IMG/VR virus record: IMGVR_UViG_3300010372_000004
Span: 10,659-74,658 of that record
Origin: a virus
DNA length: 64,000 nucleotides
Reading direction: 5' to 3' (one strand)
In this document: piece by piece, positions 35,865-46,366 of the stretch
Position numbering within the stretch: the first letter of the stretch is position 1
Layout: each line of letters opens with the position of its first letter
Notes under the pieces: model-generated
Databases searched by the model: none
What the model saw: the letters and a program-made list of their open reading frames with translations, nothing else
Told to the model about the DNA's origin: nothing
Program-made: the position numbers and the translations under genes

Positions 35865-36575
35865 ATGCGTTATTTAGCACCAAGTGACACACATACGATC
35901 AACGTACCTGTAATCGTTGGTGCTGAATACACAGTACCAACAGCAGATGGAAAACTGACTACTAGAATTGACAACAATACAACAACCACCGTTATACCTG
36001 TTGTTGATTCTAGTACATTAGATATTAGTTTACAGACACCAGCAGTGGCATCAGGGCAACTTAAAATAATGTCCGTGATGTTGACTATGCCAACCCAAAT
36101 TGGTCAGTTAAATTATAGAGAAAATTTCGGTATTATCGACTTAATGGATATACCAGCAACTGGTGATTCTGTTAGAAAATTATTTGGTTTGAATAATTAT
36201 GAAATACCAGATGAAGAAATGGATTTGGAAGGAAAATATCTAAGTCTATATAAAGCTTTTATTAATGACTTCCACACTAAACGCCAAACAGATCAATATC
36301 TCACAAAATTATTTGGGGATTTAATTTCCATTGTGGAAGCTTTAAGTTTAGCTCCAAGTTTAATTATCAGAATTGATAAAAAGCGATCAACCGAAAATGG
36401 TGAAGTTACTCGCTTTGGAGACGCTGGCGATCTTGCAGAATTTATAGATGATCTAAATTCTAAGAAAGCAACTATCTTAGACGAACTAGATGACTTCTTG
36501 GAAGATGAAGCTCTGACAAGTGTTGCTTATTTACAATTTGTGCCTATGTATAATCACGCTACAGGCGGTCAATAA
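35865..36575 (+). CDS. Putative head-tail adaptor
   Basis: Synteny; acidic helical C-terminal half. Confidence 0.5.
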   Translation: MRYLAPSDTHTINVPVIVGAEYTVPTADGKLTTRIDNNTTTTVIPVVDSSTLDISLQTPAVASGQLKIMSVMLTMPTQIGQLNYRENFGIIDLMDIPATGDSVRKLFGLNNYEIPDEEMDLEGKYLSLYKAFINDFHTKRQTDQYLTKLFGDLISIVEALSLAPSLIIRIDKKRSTENGEVTRFGDAGDLAEFIDDLNSKKATILDELDDFLEDEALTSVAYLQFVPMYNHATGGQ

Positions 36576-36576
36576 T

Positions 36577-37131
36577 ATGGCAATTCCTTTAATAAATAAG
36601 CAAAAGCATAAAGAGACTTTTAGGATTTTGTCAAATCCAGCTTTAAAAGTCTTGGCTTTGGTGCATGAACCACCTCAAGATATTCGCTACTCTAATAACT
36701 CTGTTGTTAGAATGATTGAAATAGCTGGCACAGCACTCGACGTTCAAGGAAAACAAATACAAAATATTGGTCGTGCTCAAGCTATTTATTTGATGGGTTC
36801 CTTTATGTTGTATCGAGATGATAGAACGTATAGAGCTTATGAGGTAACTCACAAGCAACAAAACTGGTCTAGGCAAGAAAAAGAAATTCACAAAGTTACT
36901 GGTTTAGAGACTGGAAAATCTAAATATTTAGATTTAGGAAAAATAAACATCAGTGTTTTATGGGACTCAAAACCAGCCAACAGTGATGTAAACCCAACTC
37001 AGTTTTGCACAATCTACAGCACTGACGAATTAAAGGCAGCAGATGTTGTAGGACCTTTCCTTATCCGTGAAGTGAAAAAGGACTATGGTTTATGGATTGC
37101 TCGTGCTGAGTATGAAACTGTGAAGGTTTAA
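36577..37131 (+). CDS. Putative head closure protein (start revised to MAIPL)
   Basis: Synteny; ATG immediately after the upstream stop. Confidence 0.5.
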   Translation: MAIPLINKQKHKETFRILSNPALKVLALVHEPPQDIRYSNNSVVRMIEIAGTALDVQGKQIQNIGRAQAIYLMGSFMLYRDDRTYRAYEVTHKQQNWSRQEKEIHKVTGLETGKSKYLDLGKINISVLWDSKPANSDVNPTQFCTIYSTDELKAADVVGPFLIREVKKDYGLWIARAEYETVKV

Positions 37132-37132
37132 A

Positions 37133-38113
37133 ATGGCTAAAAAATTACCTACAGTTGTTTTAGACGGGGTTGACCAACTACTTTTAAGAGTAGAAGGTCA
37201 ATTCAATTTAGAAATGGACAAAAGAATATTAGATATTTCTGGTGACTTTGCAAAGCAAATGGATGTTGCAGCGCAGAAAGTATTTAAAGCTATGGCTGTG
37301 GGTGCAACAACACAAGGCATTACAGGTCAGCCAGTAATTGGTCGCTATTTAAGTGCACCATCTTTTCTTAAACCCTATATTCCAGCAGATGAGTCTTGGA
37401 AGCCCCTAAATAAAAAGTATTTGAGACGAAAAAGACGTTTAATGGGGTCAAGAGATTTGCGTGGAAATAAAATATCTACGATGAATATGTGGCAATATTC
37501 AGGAGATTTAAAAAGAATATTTCAAAGAAATTCAACTGCCTTTACCCGAATGAGTGGTAACACCTTTAGATATAGAAGCACATATAATACCTCAACAAAA
37601 CAGTTTGATTCACGACGAGTAGATGGTCGAAAAAAAGAAGACATATTATTTAGAGCAATCCCAGCGGTGGGTGGTAATACAGGTAAAAACTCATTAGGTT
37701 ATGATTTTACATATATTGGCTCTAGTCTAAATGTTAAATATACAGATAAGCACAAACTAGCTGGGAATTATGCTCGACCAAACAACATTGCCAGAATGAA
37801 CCGATATATTGGTTTTAATGTTTTCAATGGCTTGTCCAAGTATATGGATGCTTTTTTTAACGGTGGTGAAGCTCCCAGAGTTGAGGATTATATTGATTCA
37901 CAATATGGTGGAAAGGCAATTTATAAAAATTCTGGTTTAAATAGAACTTTCAATTCAAAAGGTTTTTATACTAGAAATTTAACTATTGCCAATAAACTCA
38001 CATATTATGCTCAAGGTAAAAGAATGCGTAGAGGTTTAATTCAACCATATATGCTGTATTATGCTAATAAAGTTATGCGACCTGTAGCGCAAAAATTGAT
38101 TCAAGGAAAATAA
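37133..38113 (+). CDS. Putative neck / tail completion protein
   Basis: Basic; 'WKPLNKKYLRRK...SGDL' resembles virion-morphogenesis proteins. Confidence 0.5.
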   Translation: MAKKLPTVVLDGVDQLLLRVEGQFNLEMDKRILDISGDFAKQMDVAAQKVFKAMAVGATTQGITGQPVIGRYLSAPSFLKPYIPADESWKPLNKKYLRRKRRLMGSRDLRGNKISTMNMWQYSGDLKRIFQRNSTAFTRMSGNTFRYRSTYNTSTKQFDSRRVDGRKKEDILFRAIPAVGGNTGKNSLGYDFTYIGSSLNVKYTDKHKLAGNYARPNNIARMNRYIGFNVFNGLSKYMDAFFNGGEAPRVEDYIDSQYGGKAIYKNSGLNRTFNSKGFYTRNLTIANKLTYYAQGKRMRRGLIQPYMLYYANKVMRPVAQKLIQGK

Positions 38114-38114
38114 C

Positions 38115-38612
38115 ATGGCTATTGTAGAAAGAGCATACCAATATGCTGATATTTATGTCAGTTTATTGAAGTACATCAATGATTTAGCTACAAGAATAGC
38201 TGCTAAATATGATGTACCTCCTTTAAGTGCCATTAATTTAGACAGTGTTACAGACTTCGCTAAATTACCAGCGAATGATTTTATCTTTATCGCTGACTGG
38301 ACAATTCAAAGAGATGGTCATGTTTATGGTGATTATCATGAATTAATTATTGGTTTTAGTGTTGTAAATGATGTAAATTTTACAAAACTAGAAACGATGT
38401 ATCTAAATGAACTTATGTTAGATATTACAAAAAGAAAGCCTTGTAGAACAGCAATAGATATTTTTAAAGAAAACAACACTGGTGTTGTGGGTACACTCAT
38501 TTATTCAGATGATTGTGAAACCATGTCGATGACACGTAATGATTCACGTTGTTTTAAAGGTGTTTCTGTGACTTTATTAAGTCCACAGCGGTTAACTGAA
38601 AAAGGTGGTTAA
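38115..38612 (+). CDS. Putative tail terminator
   Basis: Acidic 165-aa protein immediately before the tail tube gene. Confidence 0.55.
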   Translation: MAIVERAYQYADIYVSLLKYINDLATRIAAKYDVPPLSAINLDSVTDFAKLPANDFIFIADWTIQRDGHVYGDYHELIIGFSVVNDVNFTKLETMYLNELMLDITKRKPCRTAIDIFKENNTGVVGTLIYSDDCETMSMTRNDSRCFKGVSVTLLSPQRLTEKGG

Positions 38613-38678
38613 AGCTATTCTTTTTGTTTATAATTTGGCAAGACTAGCTATAGTTACAACAAATATGTCGAGGAAAGT

Positions 38679-39476
38679 ATGACAGCTCAAAATTTTGGTT
38701 CAGCATTGGGTGACGGTTTCGTTTTAAACGAAGCAACACTCATGATCGGTCCTCTTGGTAGTGCTTTAGATTTAACTGAAGAAGAACATAGCTTCGGTTT
38801 ATTCAAAAACATGGCTTTGACCAATGATAAAACATTCCAACCCTTGACTCAAGGCGTTCGTCAAGATGTAGTTCATCAAACACTTACATCCGACAACTGG
38901 ACACTTGCTGGAAATGGTTATGAATATAACCCACGTACCATCATGTACGCTCTTGGACAAGCTGGTTATACAGCAGACCCAACAGCTCCACGTGTGAAAG
39001 TTACTTTAACAGCACCAAGTGCTGTTGCTGAATCCACAATTACTGTTGATGCTACCACAGGTTTGGCAGTAGATGACTGGATTATCCTTTCACCAAACAA
39101 CGGCAACACAGACGGTTTGGCTTATAAAATTAAGACGATTGCTACTAATGTGATTACCCTTGATCGACCACTTGTTTCCGCAGTGGCTGTGGGTGATAAG
39201 GCAGTTAAGTCAACACTTATCATGACAAATGATATTGAAAGCTGCTCTGGTGCAAACTATTACTCAGCAAAAATTGTCTCTGCTGACGTAAACTGCAACC
39301 CAATTGTAATCATTGCCCCTAAAGTTCAAATTACATCAGGTTTAAATTTGACATTCGGTGTTTCAGATTACTCAAACATGAACTTCCAAGCAACACCAAT
39401 GGCTCTTACTCGTAAAGACGCTGGTTATGATTGGTATGTTGCTCAAGGTAAATCAAAAGTTGTATTGATTACCTAA
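38679..39476 (+). CDS. Major tail tube protein with an inserted beta domain
   Basis: Synteny, biased codons, downstream terminator; insert 'ITVDATTGLAVDDWI...IATNVITLDRPL'. Confidence 0.8.
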   Translation: MTAQNFGSALGDGFVLNEATLMIGPLGSALDLTEEEHSFGLFKNMALTNDKTFQPLTQGVRQDVVHQTLTSDNWTLAGNGYEYNPRTIMYALGQAGYTADPTAPRVKVTLTAPSAVAESTITVDATTGLAVDDWIILSPNNGNTDGLAYKIKTIATNVITLDRPLVSAVAVGDKAVKSTLIMTNDIESCSGANYYSAKIVSADVNCNPIVIIAPKVQITSGLNLTFGVSDYSNMNFQATPMALTRKDAGYDWYVAQGKSKVVLIT

Positions 39477-39486
39477 TTGTGACTAT

Positions 39487-39519
39487 AATAAAACCCACCC
39501 AAGAGTGGGTTTTATTTTT
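39487..39519 (+). terminator. Intrinsic terminator after the tail tube gene
   Basis: AATAAAACCCAC-ccaaga-GTGGGTTTTATT-TTT; a TATAAT overlaps its 5' arm. Confidence 0.8.
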
Positions 39520-39541
39520 GCCTAATAAATGAGGAAAGAGT

Positions 39542-39958
39542 ATGTCAGCTATTGAAACAAATGCAGATGCTGGGGTTAAAGAATTTAAGATAGGTGGAAA
39601 ACTTCGTGAAATAAAATTCACTGCAGCTACACGTTATCGCTTATTTTTAAATGTTGAAAAAGAAGATATTCAGGGCTATGTGACCTCTGATCTTTTCAAA
39701 ATAACAGCTGTTGCTTTATTACTTTATGGTAAAGAAACAATCGGCAAAAAGCTTGACGAATTGATGGATATGTTTGAAAACGATAACTTAATGGACGATG
39801 AAATGGAAGAAATCGTAGGTTGGGTGCGTCAAAGAACATTAAATTTTATGTTGAAAGAAGCCGAGGAAGTGGGGAAAGCTCTGGAACAGGTGATGCCGAA
39901 AGCGATGGCATTAAACAATACCTTAACTGGTTTTCAGGACTCAGTTTCCACGAAGTAA
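39542..39958 (+). CDS. Tail assembly chaperone (gpG-like)
   Basis: Between tail tube and tape measure genes; SD GAGGA. Confidence 0.8.
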   Translation: MSAIETNADAGVKEFKIGGKLREIKFTAATRYRLFLNVEKEDIQGYVTSDLFKITAVALLLYGKETIGKKLDELMDMFENDNLMDDEMEEIVGWVRQRTLNFMLKEAEEVGKALEQVMPKAMALNNTLTGFQDSVSTK

Positions 39959-40239
39959 TTTGTTTAATCTATCAAATCCATTTTTCTGATCTACAAAGTT
40001 TTCTGTGGACAGTAACGATGGAGGATATAGAACTCAGATTAAAAGTGTATATCCAAGAAAAACAAACGACATTTGTTCAAGCTCAAGAGATTTTGGTCCT
40101 TCTAGCAAAAAGTATTTTAGGTTCAGATACAAATCCTAAGTCAAATGATACAATGGGTGAAAAGTTTAAACACTTACCAGTATTTAATGACGTAAATCAG
40201 GTGGCAGCTTGGTTTAAAGGACAAAAACAGAATGGCTAA
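39841..40239 (+). CDS. Tail assembly chaperone -1 frameshift extension (gpT-like)
   Basis: The -1 frame is open from 39802 to 40239; in-frame slippery heptamer A-AAT-TTT at 39841-39847. Confidence 0.75.
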   Translation, partial: KFYVERSRGSGESSGTGDAESDGIKQYLNWFSGLSFHEVICLIYQIHFSDLQSFLWTVTMEDIELRLKVYIQEKQTTFVQAQEILVLLAKSILGSDTNPKSNDTMGEKFKHLPVFNDVNQVAAWFKGQKQNG

Positions 40240-43200
40240 TCAGCAAGAACCAATCAATGTCGGACTCAATCTCCAAGGCAACGCCTTGGGGAGCGTCAAC
40301 CAATTAACCCAACACATGATCGCTTTAAGAGATATAGCTAAAGCTGTTGGTGATCAATTTGATCGTATAAACAAAGCAAATAAAACAGGCAATATCCCTA
40401 ACGCTAATACTCTAAAACGCCTACGCCAACAAATGGACTTGATGGTAACTTCACCTCAAAGTATTACCGCCAAGGCTCAACTTCAACACTACTCAAATTT
40501 AAGTAATATTAGCAGAGCAAACCAAGTATCAGCCTTGGTCAATTCTAATCTTAAATTCCAAGACCCTAGAACAATGAGCACAATGTTTGCTCAATTTGAT
40601 CAACAGGTTCTGAAACAAGCATTAAAAACACGCTTAGATATTGCTAATTTAAATGGTGATATTAAAAAAATTAAAGCTGCTGAACAGGCTTTGATTCAGT
40701 ATAAAAACACCTTAAAAAATCTTAATAATGAGTTTAAGGGTCTTGATTATATAAAACGTCAAAGTGATGCTTCAATCCAGAGCATGATGCAAATGCCAGC
40801 TGGACAGTTAGCGTTACAACGAAGTATTCAAGCACGAAACCTGAACCAATTCGGAAGTGGTGCAAGAGAATCTGCTGTTCAGAAATATATGACTGACCCT
40901 TCACGGTTAGTTCCAGCGAATAGAGATTACACCAACGCTAATGCAGACCAGATTCGTAAGGACATGCAAGCCAACGCATCTAAAATGGCTGCAGCTCAAC
41001 GTCTCATGGGTCAATTATATTTACAAGACCCTGCTAAAAATCCTCAAGTAAGCCAACAACTTAATCAATATAGTCAAATGTTGGCGAAGCTTGAGGAAGA
41101 AAAAACAAGACTCCAAGCGATTCAAAATTTGCGTAGAGCAAATTTACGAACTACAGATGAACAAATTCAAAAATTACGTCAAGTCAATGATGCTACCAAA
41201 GTTAATCAGCGTTTGACAGAATTAACCAACGGTGGTTTAAGGGTCAATACTTTAAGCACTGAACGAATTGCTCAACTAAGCCCAGACAATTTGATTGCTC
41301 GTCAAATGACCATGACCAAGCGTTTGTCTCAGGCTAAAGAAGTCATGTTCCAAGCTGAATCGCTTGGTAATGCCAAAGCTAAAAAAGAAGCAGAAGCTTT
41401 AGCTATTGCATACCAAAAAGAACTGGATTTAATCAAGGCTCGTAATCGTGAGATTGCCAACGCTAATAAACCAAACAGTTTTGTCACTCGTTTGAGGGAC
41501 ATGAATACTGGGGAGTCTAGTGGTGCTTTATTAGGTATGCAAGGTTTATTGATGCGTAACTACATGTTGTGGGGAGCCTTCATGGGTTCAATCACAGGTA
41601 GTTATGCTTTCTTGCGTGACTTTGAATTAGCTTTGAAACAAACACAAGCAATTTCTCAAGCTACCGACACCCAAATGATTGGATTAAAACAATCCATTTT
41701 GGAAGTTGGTGAAAATTCACGCTTTAGTGCGATTGAAATTACAGAAGCAGCTACAACTTTAGCTCAAGCTGGTTTCTCTTTAGCCGAAATTCAAAAAACT
41801 TTGCAGTCAGTCACATTATTGGCTACAGCTACTGGTTCAAGTCTGAAAGAAACGGTTGATATTGCAACAGCTTCTTTGGGTGCATTCCAATTATCTGCAG
41901 ACAATATGCCTAAAATTGTCAACCAGATTACCCAAGCTATGAACTTATCTAAATTGGATATTCAAAAATTCCAATTGGCGGTTCAATACGCTGGTAACGC
42001 TGCATCAGACGCTGGCTTAAACTTTGAAGAACTATTGGCTTCGGTATCTACAGTAGCCAACGCTGGTGTACGCTCTGGTTCAACACTAGGTACAGGCTTC
42101 CGTCAGTTATTGACAGATTTGATCTCCCCTTCTCAAAAATTTGAGAAAATTTTAGCTCGTTTAGGTTTAACGACAGCAGATATTGATGTTCGTACAAACG
42201 GATTGGTTGGTTCGCTTAAAAAACTTAAAGAAGCTGGATTCACTACAGCAGATGCTTATGAGTCATTTGAAGTTCGTTCGGTAGCGTTTTATACAGCCTT
42301 GGCGAACAACACTGACACTTATGATAATTTAACAGCTAACTTGGATAACAATACTGCAGCTATGGAAGCCAATGAGATTCAAATGAACTCATTAGGTGCT
42401 CAGACTGACCGTATGTTTAACCAGTTCAAGGCATTATCAGAAACAGCTGGTGAAGGTGTTCGTAAATCTTTAACTGATTTATTTCACGTTGTTGGTGATT
42501 TAACTACAATTTTGATTTCTCTAACGAACAATGGTGTTGTCAAATTTACAGTTCAAGCAGTCACTATGGGTGTAGCCCTTGGTGGTGTGACGATTTTGGT
42601 TAGAGGTATGTACGGAGCTGTAATTGGTTTAGCTGCAGCCTTGAAAACTACAGGGGCGACTTTTGCCTTAACTACACCATATATTTTTGCTATTGCTACT
42701 GCTGTCAGTGCTGCAATTATCCTATTCCAGAAATTTTCACAATCAAATGAAAAATTAAAAGCTGCTGTTGAAGATAGTAAAACCTCTTTGAATAATTTAA
42801 AAGATGCTTCAACCAGTTTGCAAGGTGGAATAACTGAGGTAACGAATAAACTCACTTCATTAGAATCTCGTTTTGAAAATATTAAAGACGACCCTGCAGC
42901 TTTGGCTGTGGAAATGTCTAACCTAAGAACCAAAGCAATGGAATTAGGTGTTACTTTAGAAACGGATTTAAACGGTAGCATTGAATCAGTTAAAAAAGGC
43001 TGGCAAGAACTTCGCATAGAGCTTGGTAAAGAATTAGAAATGAACTTAGACCGTCAAGTGTCTGAGCTTCGTAATTTATCAGCGTTGACAGCCCAAATGA
43101 GAGCTGAAGAAGCTATTCGTAATAAACCAACATCTATTGGTGCAGCAGCCAAAGGTGGTTATGGTTTGATTTATGATGCTTACAATTTAAAAAATCAATC

Positions 43201-46200
43201 AGGTAAATTACCAGCCAACCCTTCTGGTGATGATGCTACCCAATTTTTCACAATGATGGGTGCTTTTAATAAAGAAGCAACCAGTTTAGATGTATTTAAT
43301 GAAGCAGCTAAATTCGGTGGTAAAGGTGCGCCAACAGGTGCTCAGATGAATAAGATGTTAGAAGCACTACATCAAGATTTATCAACACCTCAATCAAGTG
43401 ATGTTGTTCTTAAAAAAGCACCTGAATGGAATAAACAAGCCAACCAATTATTAACTGCTTTGAACCGAGCTAGAGATGGTTATTTAAAGGCAGCAAACAA
43501 TACAGCAATATCAGCAGAAGCTAGAAAAAATGCTAGAACTTCTGCTGACAGTGTTACTAACTTGGCTAAAACAGTTCAAGATATTCAAACATATTTAAAT
43601 TCAATTTCTCAACCATTGATTCAAGCTGAATCAATGTCTAGTCAAGCGAAAGCGCAAGGCTACACTAACCAGTTGAATACAGAGTTGATGGATGGTACTT
43701 TCTCCCAAAAACATAAAGTTAATTGGGGTAAAGCTCTATCAGTTGTGGACCCGAAAAGAGCTAAACCAGTAAGAGCAGAAAACTTACGCTTTTTGCGTGA
43801 AGAATTAATGCCTTACGTGAATGAAGCTGCAGCTTTAACAGGGCTTCCACCTGAATACATTATTTCCCACATGGCGCAAGAATCAGGTATCAGTAAAGAT
43901 AAATCTGTATTGGGTAAAAACCCTGACGGTTCTACAACATCAGCCGTTGGTTTGATGCAAGTAACCGAGGCTGCAGCTAAAGATGTTGGAATTGGTTATA
44001 ACACTATCTCGAATGATTATCGAGCAAACATCATAGCTGGTGCTAAATACTTGAAACAAATGAAAGATGCCACAGATGGTACTTTGTATAGTGGGTCAAG
44101 AGCTTATTATATGGGCATCGGAAATTGGCAAGATGAAAAAGCCAAGGGTTCAAATAGTCGATCAGGCGAAGCTAATGCGTATGCTAAAGGTATTTTTTCA
44201 ACAGTAAACGCTATTCAAAAAGGTAACTTTGGTAATGTTGTTTTACAGCAAAACGGTATGCCAAAAGAACTTTCTGATAACGTCACCCAAGGTCAACAAT
44301 TAAAGTCATATCATGATTTTGTTATGGCTGAGTTGAGTATGCTTCCAAAAGACGTAAATAAAATGTCTGAGGAGCAAAAGACAAAATATAAAGACCTGAT
44401 TGCACAAGAAAAAGCATTGGCAGATAAAATGGCAGATGTAAGTGCTTCGGTCAATAACAGCCTTCGTTCAGCGAGAGCAGAGCAAGATCAAATTCGAAAA
44501 AGCACTTTAGAAAATTTAAATGAAAAAAGTGAACTTCTTCAAAATGAGATTACTGCTACTGAAGCACAGTTGAAGGAGAAATTTGACCCAGAAGTAGACA
44601 ATAATCTAAAAGCTTTCAATGAAAAACAAAAGCAACTGTTTGATAAAGCTAAAGATTTAAGAACTCAACAAGCTAAATTAAAAGCAGATATGGAGCAGCT
44701 ACAAGCTGCAGACTATGGTGCAAATTCAACTGATTTTGTTATTTCACCAGCGGTGGCAGCTATTGCCAAAATTAAGCTTGATCGTGAATTAAATTCAATC
44801 AACACCGATATTGAGCAAAAGCGTAAAGCTCAGTTGAAGGAATCAAGTAAAGCTTTTGCTGATTTAATTAAAAAACAAAATACTGAATTTGTAGATTCTT
44901 TTAAAAACGAATTGCAAGATTTGGATGAACCATATCAGGATGCTTTAACTGTAAATGCTTTTAATAAACAAAAAAGCACTTGGAAATTGGAAGATGAATT
45001 AGGTCTTACTGATATGAGAAATCGTCGTGCTTCTATGGAAGACCCACGATTCAAAAATCAATTTACCGATGCTGAAAGAAATGACCTAGATTTGGCTATT
45101 CAGGCACAAGCAAGTCGTGTTGATGAAGTGAATCAAAATTATCTTATTGCTGAAAGAGATATTACCCTTCAACAAATTAAAAAAGTTGAAGATAAATTAA
45201 CTGAATATGAAGTTAAATTTAGAGAGTTTGAAATTCAGCAAAATCTTAATCTCACTCAAAATTTATCAGGTACTGAGCTGGAAGCTTTGAAAACAGCTCA
45301 AGATAAAGAAATGAATAAAGTGAGTCGAGAGATTCAAAAACAAAAAAGTGATCTTCTTTCTTTACAGGAAAAAGCTCGTAATATTAACAATACGCTTGAA
45401 GCTGCAGCAGCCGATAATCCAGCAGACCGTTACAATATGGCTGACACCTTCAAAAGTTTGGCTAAATCTGCTGTTCGAAATGATAATTCTGCTGCAGGGT
45501 ATGAACGTGATATTCAATCAACAATTGGTGGTATTAACTCAGCCTTCAATAACTTGATTAACACAGCAATTGAAGCCAGCGATAATGTGGATGATTTCTT
45601 TAAAATCATCACAGGCGGTTCTGGTCAATCACGTGAAGCTTTCAAAGCATTTGGTTATGAAATTATTTCTACAATAGCTAAAGTGGTTCAAAACCGTTTA
45701 GTTAATAAATTTGTAGACATGATGATTAGTGGAATCTTCGGTGGTTCCCCAACATCAAGTAGTGCTGCTTTAAGTGGACAAATGATGGGTCAGAATGCTT
45801 CATCAGCCAACAATGGTTCAGGTTGGTGGCAAACAGGTTTATCCGCTTTGGTTCAAGCAGGGGTTGGTGCTTTTTCTGGATGGTACGGTGGTTTAGGTGC
45901 ATCATCAGCTGCTGGGGTTCAGGCATCAGGGGCGACAACGTATGGTCTTGGAGCTGATTACTTTAATTCAGGAATAACCTCTAAATCTGTTGTAAACAAT
46001 GCAGGGGGTATGATTCCAATGGCTTCAGGGGGTGAAATTGTAGGGGGAGTACCTAACAAGGACTCAGTACCGATTTTGGGTATGCCAAAAGAATATATTT
46101 TACCTACATCTACAACTGAAGTAGTTGGTAAAGACTTCTTATCAGGTTTGAGAAAAGACCCACATGGTATGATGGCTGCAATAAAAGGAAATAACTTGGC

Positions 46201-46366
46201 GAACCGTCCACAGATTAATAAGACAGTTCAAAGTAATATTTATATGGTAGCACCTCAAGCCGTTCCGTCATCTATTGGACCTAATGACATTGTTGTAGCT
46301 GTTTCTGATAATATCAGTCGTAACGGTGAACTTAAACAATTAATTAAACAGGTACAAGCAGAATGA
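40232..46366 (+). CDS. Tape measure protein with a lytic transglycosylase (SLT) domain
   Basis: 2044 aa; TP901-type core ('FSAIEITEAATTLAQAGFS', 'GS.LGTG.R'); SLT motifs QESG, GLMQV, NIIAGAKYL at about 43860-44120. Confidence 0.93.
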   Translation: MANQQEPINVGLNLQGNALGSVNQLTQHMIALRDIAKAVGDQFDRINKANKTGNIPNANTLKRLRQQMDLMVTSPQSITAKAQLQHYSNLSNISRANQVSALVNSNLKFQDPRTMSTMFAQFDQQVLKQALKTRLDIANLNGDIKKIKAAEQALIQYKNTLKNLNNEFKGLDYIKRQSDASIQSMMQMPAGQLALQRSIQARNLNQFGSGARESAVQKYMTDPSRLVPANRDYTNANADQIRKDMQANASKMAAAQRLMGQLYLQDPAKNPQVSQQLNQYSQMLAKLEEEKTRLQAIQNLRRANLRTTDEQIQKLRQVNDATKVNQRLTELTNGGLRVNTLSTERIAQLSPDNLIARQMTMTKRLSQAKEVMFQAESLGNAKAKKEAEALAIAYQKELDLIKARNREIANANKPNSFVTRLRDMNTGESSGALLGMQGLLMRNYMLWGAFMGSITGSYAFLRDFELALKQTQAISQATDTQMIGLKQSILEVGENSRFSAIEITEAATTLAQAGFSLAEIQKTLQSVTLLATATGSSLKETVDIATASLGAFQLSADNMPKIVNQITQAMNLSKLDIQKFQLAVQYAGNAASDAGLNFEELLASVSTVANAGVRSGSTLGTGFRQLLTDLISPSQKFEKILARLGLTTADIDVRTNGLVGSLKKLKEAGFTTADAYESFEVRSVAFYTALANNTDTYDNLTANLDNNTAAMEANEIQMNSLGAQTDRMFNQFKALSETAGEGVRKSLTDLFHVVGDLTTILISLTNNGVVKFTVQAVTMGVALGGVTILVRGMYGAVIGLAAALKTTGATFALTTPYIFAIATAVSAAIILFQKFSQSNEKLKAAVEDSKTSLNNLKDASTSLQGGITEVTNKLTSLESRFENIKDDPAALAVEMSNLRTKAMELGVTLETDLNGSIESVKKGWQELRIELGKELEMNLDRQVSELRNLSALTAQMRAEEAIRNKPTSIGAAAKGGYGLIYDAYNLKNQSGKLPANPSGDDATQFFTMMGAFNKEATSLDVFNEAAKFGGKGAPTGAQMNKMLEALHQDLSTPQSSDVVLKKAPEWNKQANQLLTALNRARDGYLKAANNTAISAEARKNARTSADSVTNLAKTVQDIQTYLNSISQPLIQAESMSSQAKAQGYTNQLNTELMDGTFSQKHKVNWGKALSVVDPKRAKPVRAENLRFLREELMPYVNEAAALTGLPPEYIISHMAQESGISKDKSVLGKNPDGSTTSAVGLMQVTEAAAKDVGIGYNTISNDYRANIIAGAKYLKQMKDATDGTLYSGSRAYYMGIGNWQDEKAKGSNSRSGEANAYAKGIFSTVNAIQKGNFGNVVLQQNGMPKELSDNVTQGQQLKSYHDFVMAELSMLPKDVNKMSEEQKTKYKDLIAQEKALADKMADVSASVNNSLRSARAEQDQIRKSTLENLNEKSELLQNEITATEAQLKEKFDPEVDNNLKAFNEKQKQLFDKAKDLRTQQAKLKADMEQLQAADYGANSTDFVISPAVAAIAKIKLDRELNSINTDIEQKRKAQLKESSKAFADLIKKQNTEFVDSFKNELQDLDEPYQDALTVNAFNKQKSTWKLEDELGLTDMRNRRASMEDPRFKNQFTDAERNDLDLAIQAQASRVDEVNQNYLIAERDITLQQIKKVEDKLTEYEVKFREFEIQQNLNLTQNLSGTELEALKTAQDKEMNKVSREIQKQKSDLLSLQEKARNINNTLEAAAADNPADRYNMADTFKSLAKSAVRNDNSAAGYERDIQSTIGGINSAFNNLINTAIEASDNVDDFFKIITGGSGQSREAFKAFGYEIISTIAKVVQNRLVNKFVDMMISGIFGGSPTSSSAALSGQMMGQNASSANNGSGWWQTGLSALVQAGVGAFSGWYGGLGASSAAGVQASGATTYGLGADYFNSGITSKSVVNNAGGMIPMASGGEIVGGVPNKDSVPILGMPKEYILPTSTTEVVGKDFLSGLRKDPHGMMAAIKGNNLANRPQINKTVQSNIYMVAPQAVPSSIGPNDIVVAVSDNISRNGELKQLIKQVQAE

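Noticed and set aside
39872-39878. GGGAAAG, the lambda G/T slippery heptamer
   Set aside because: Here it is read GGG-AAA-G, the wrong phase for tandem -1 slippage; AAATTTT at 39841 is correctly phased.
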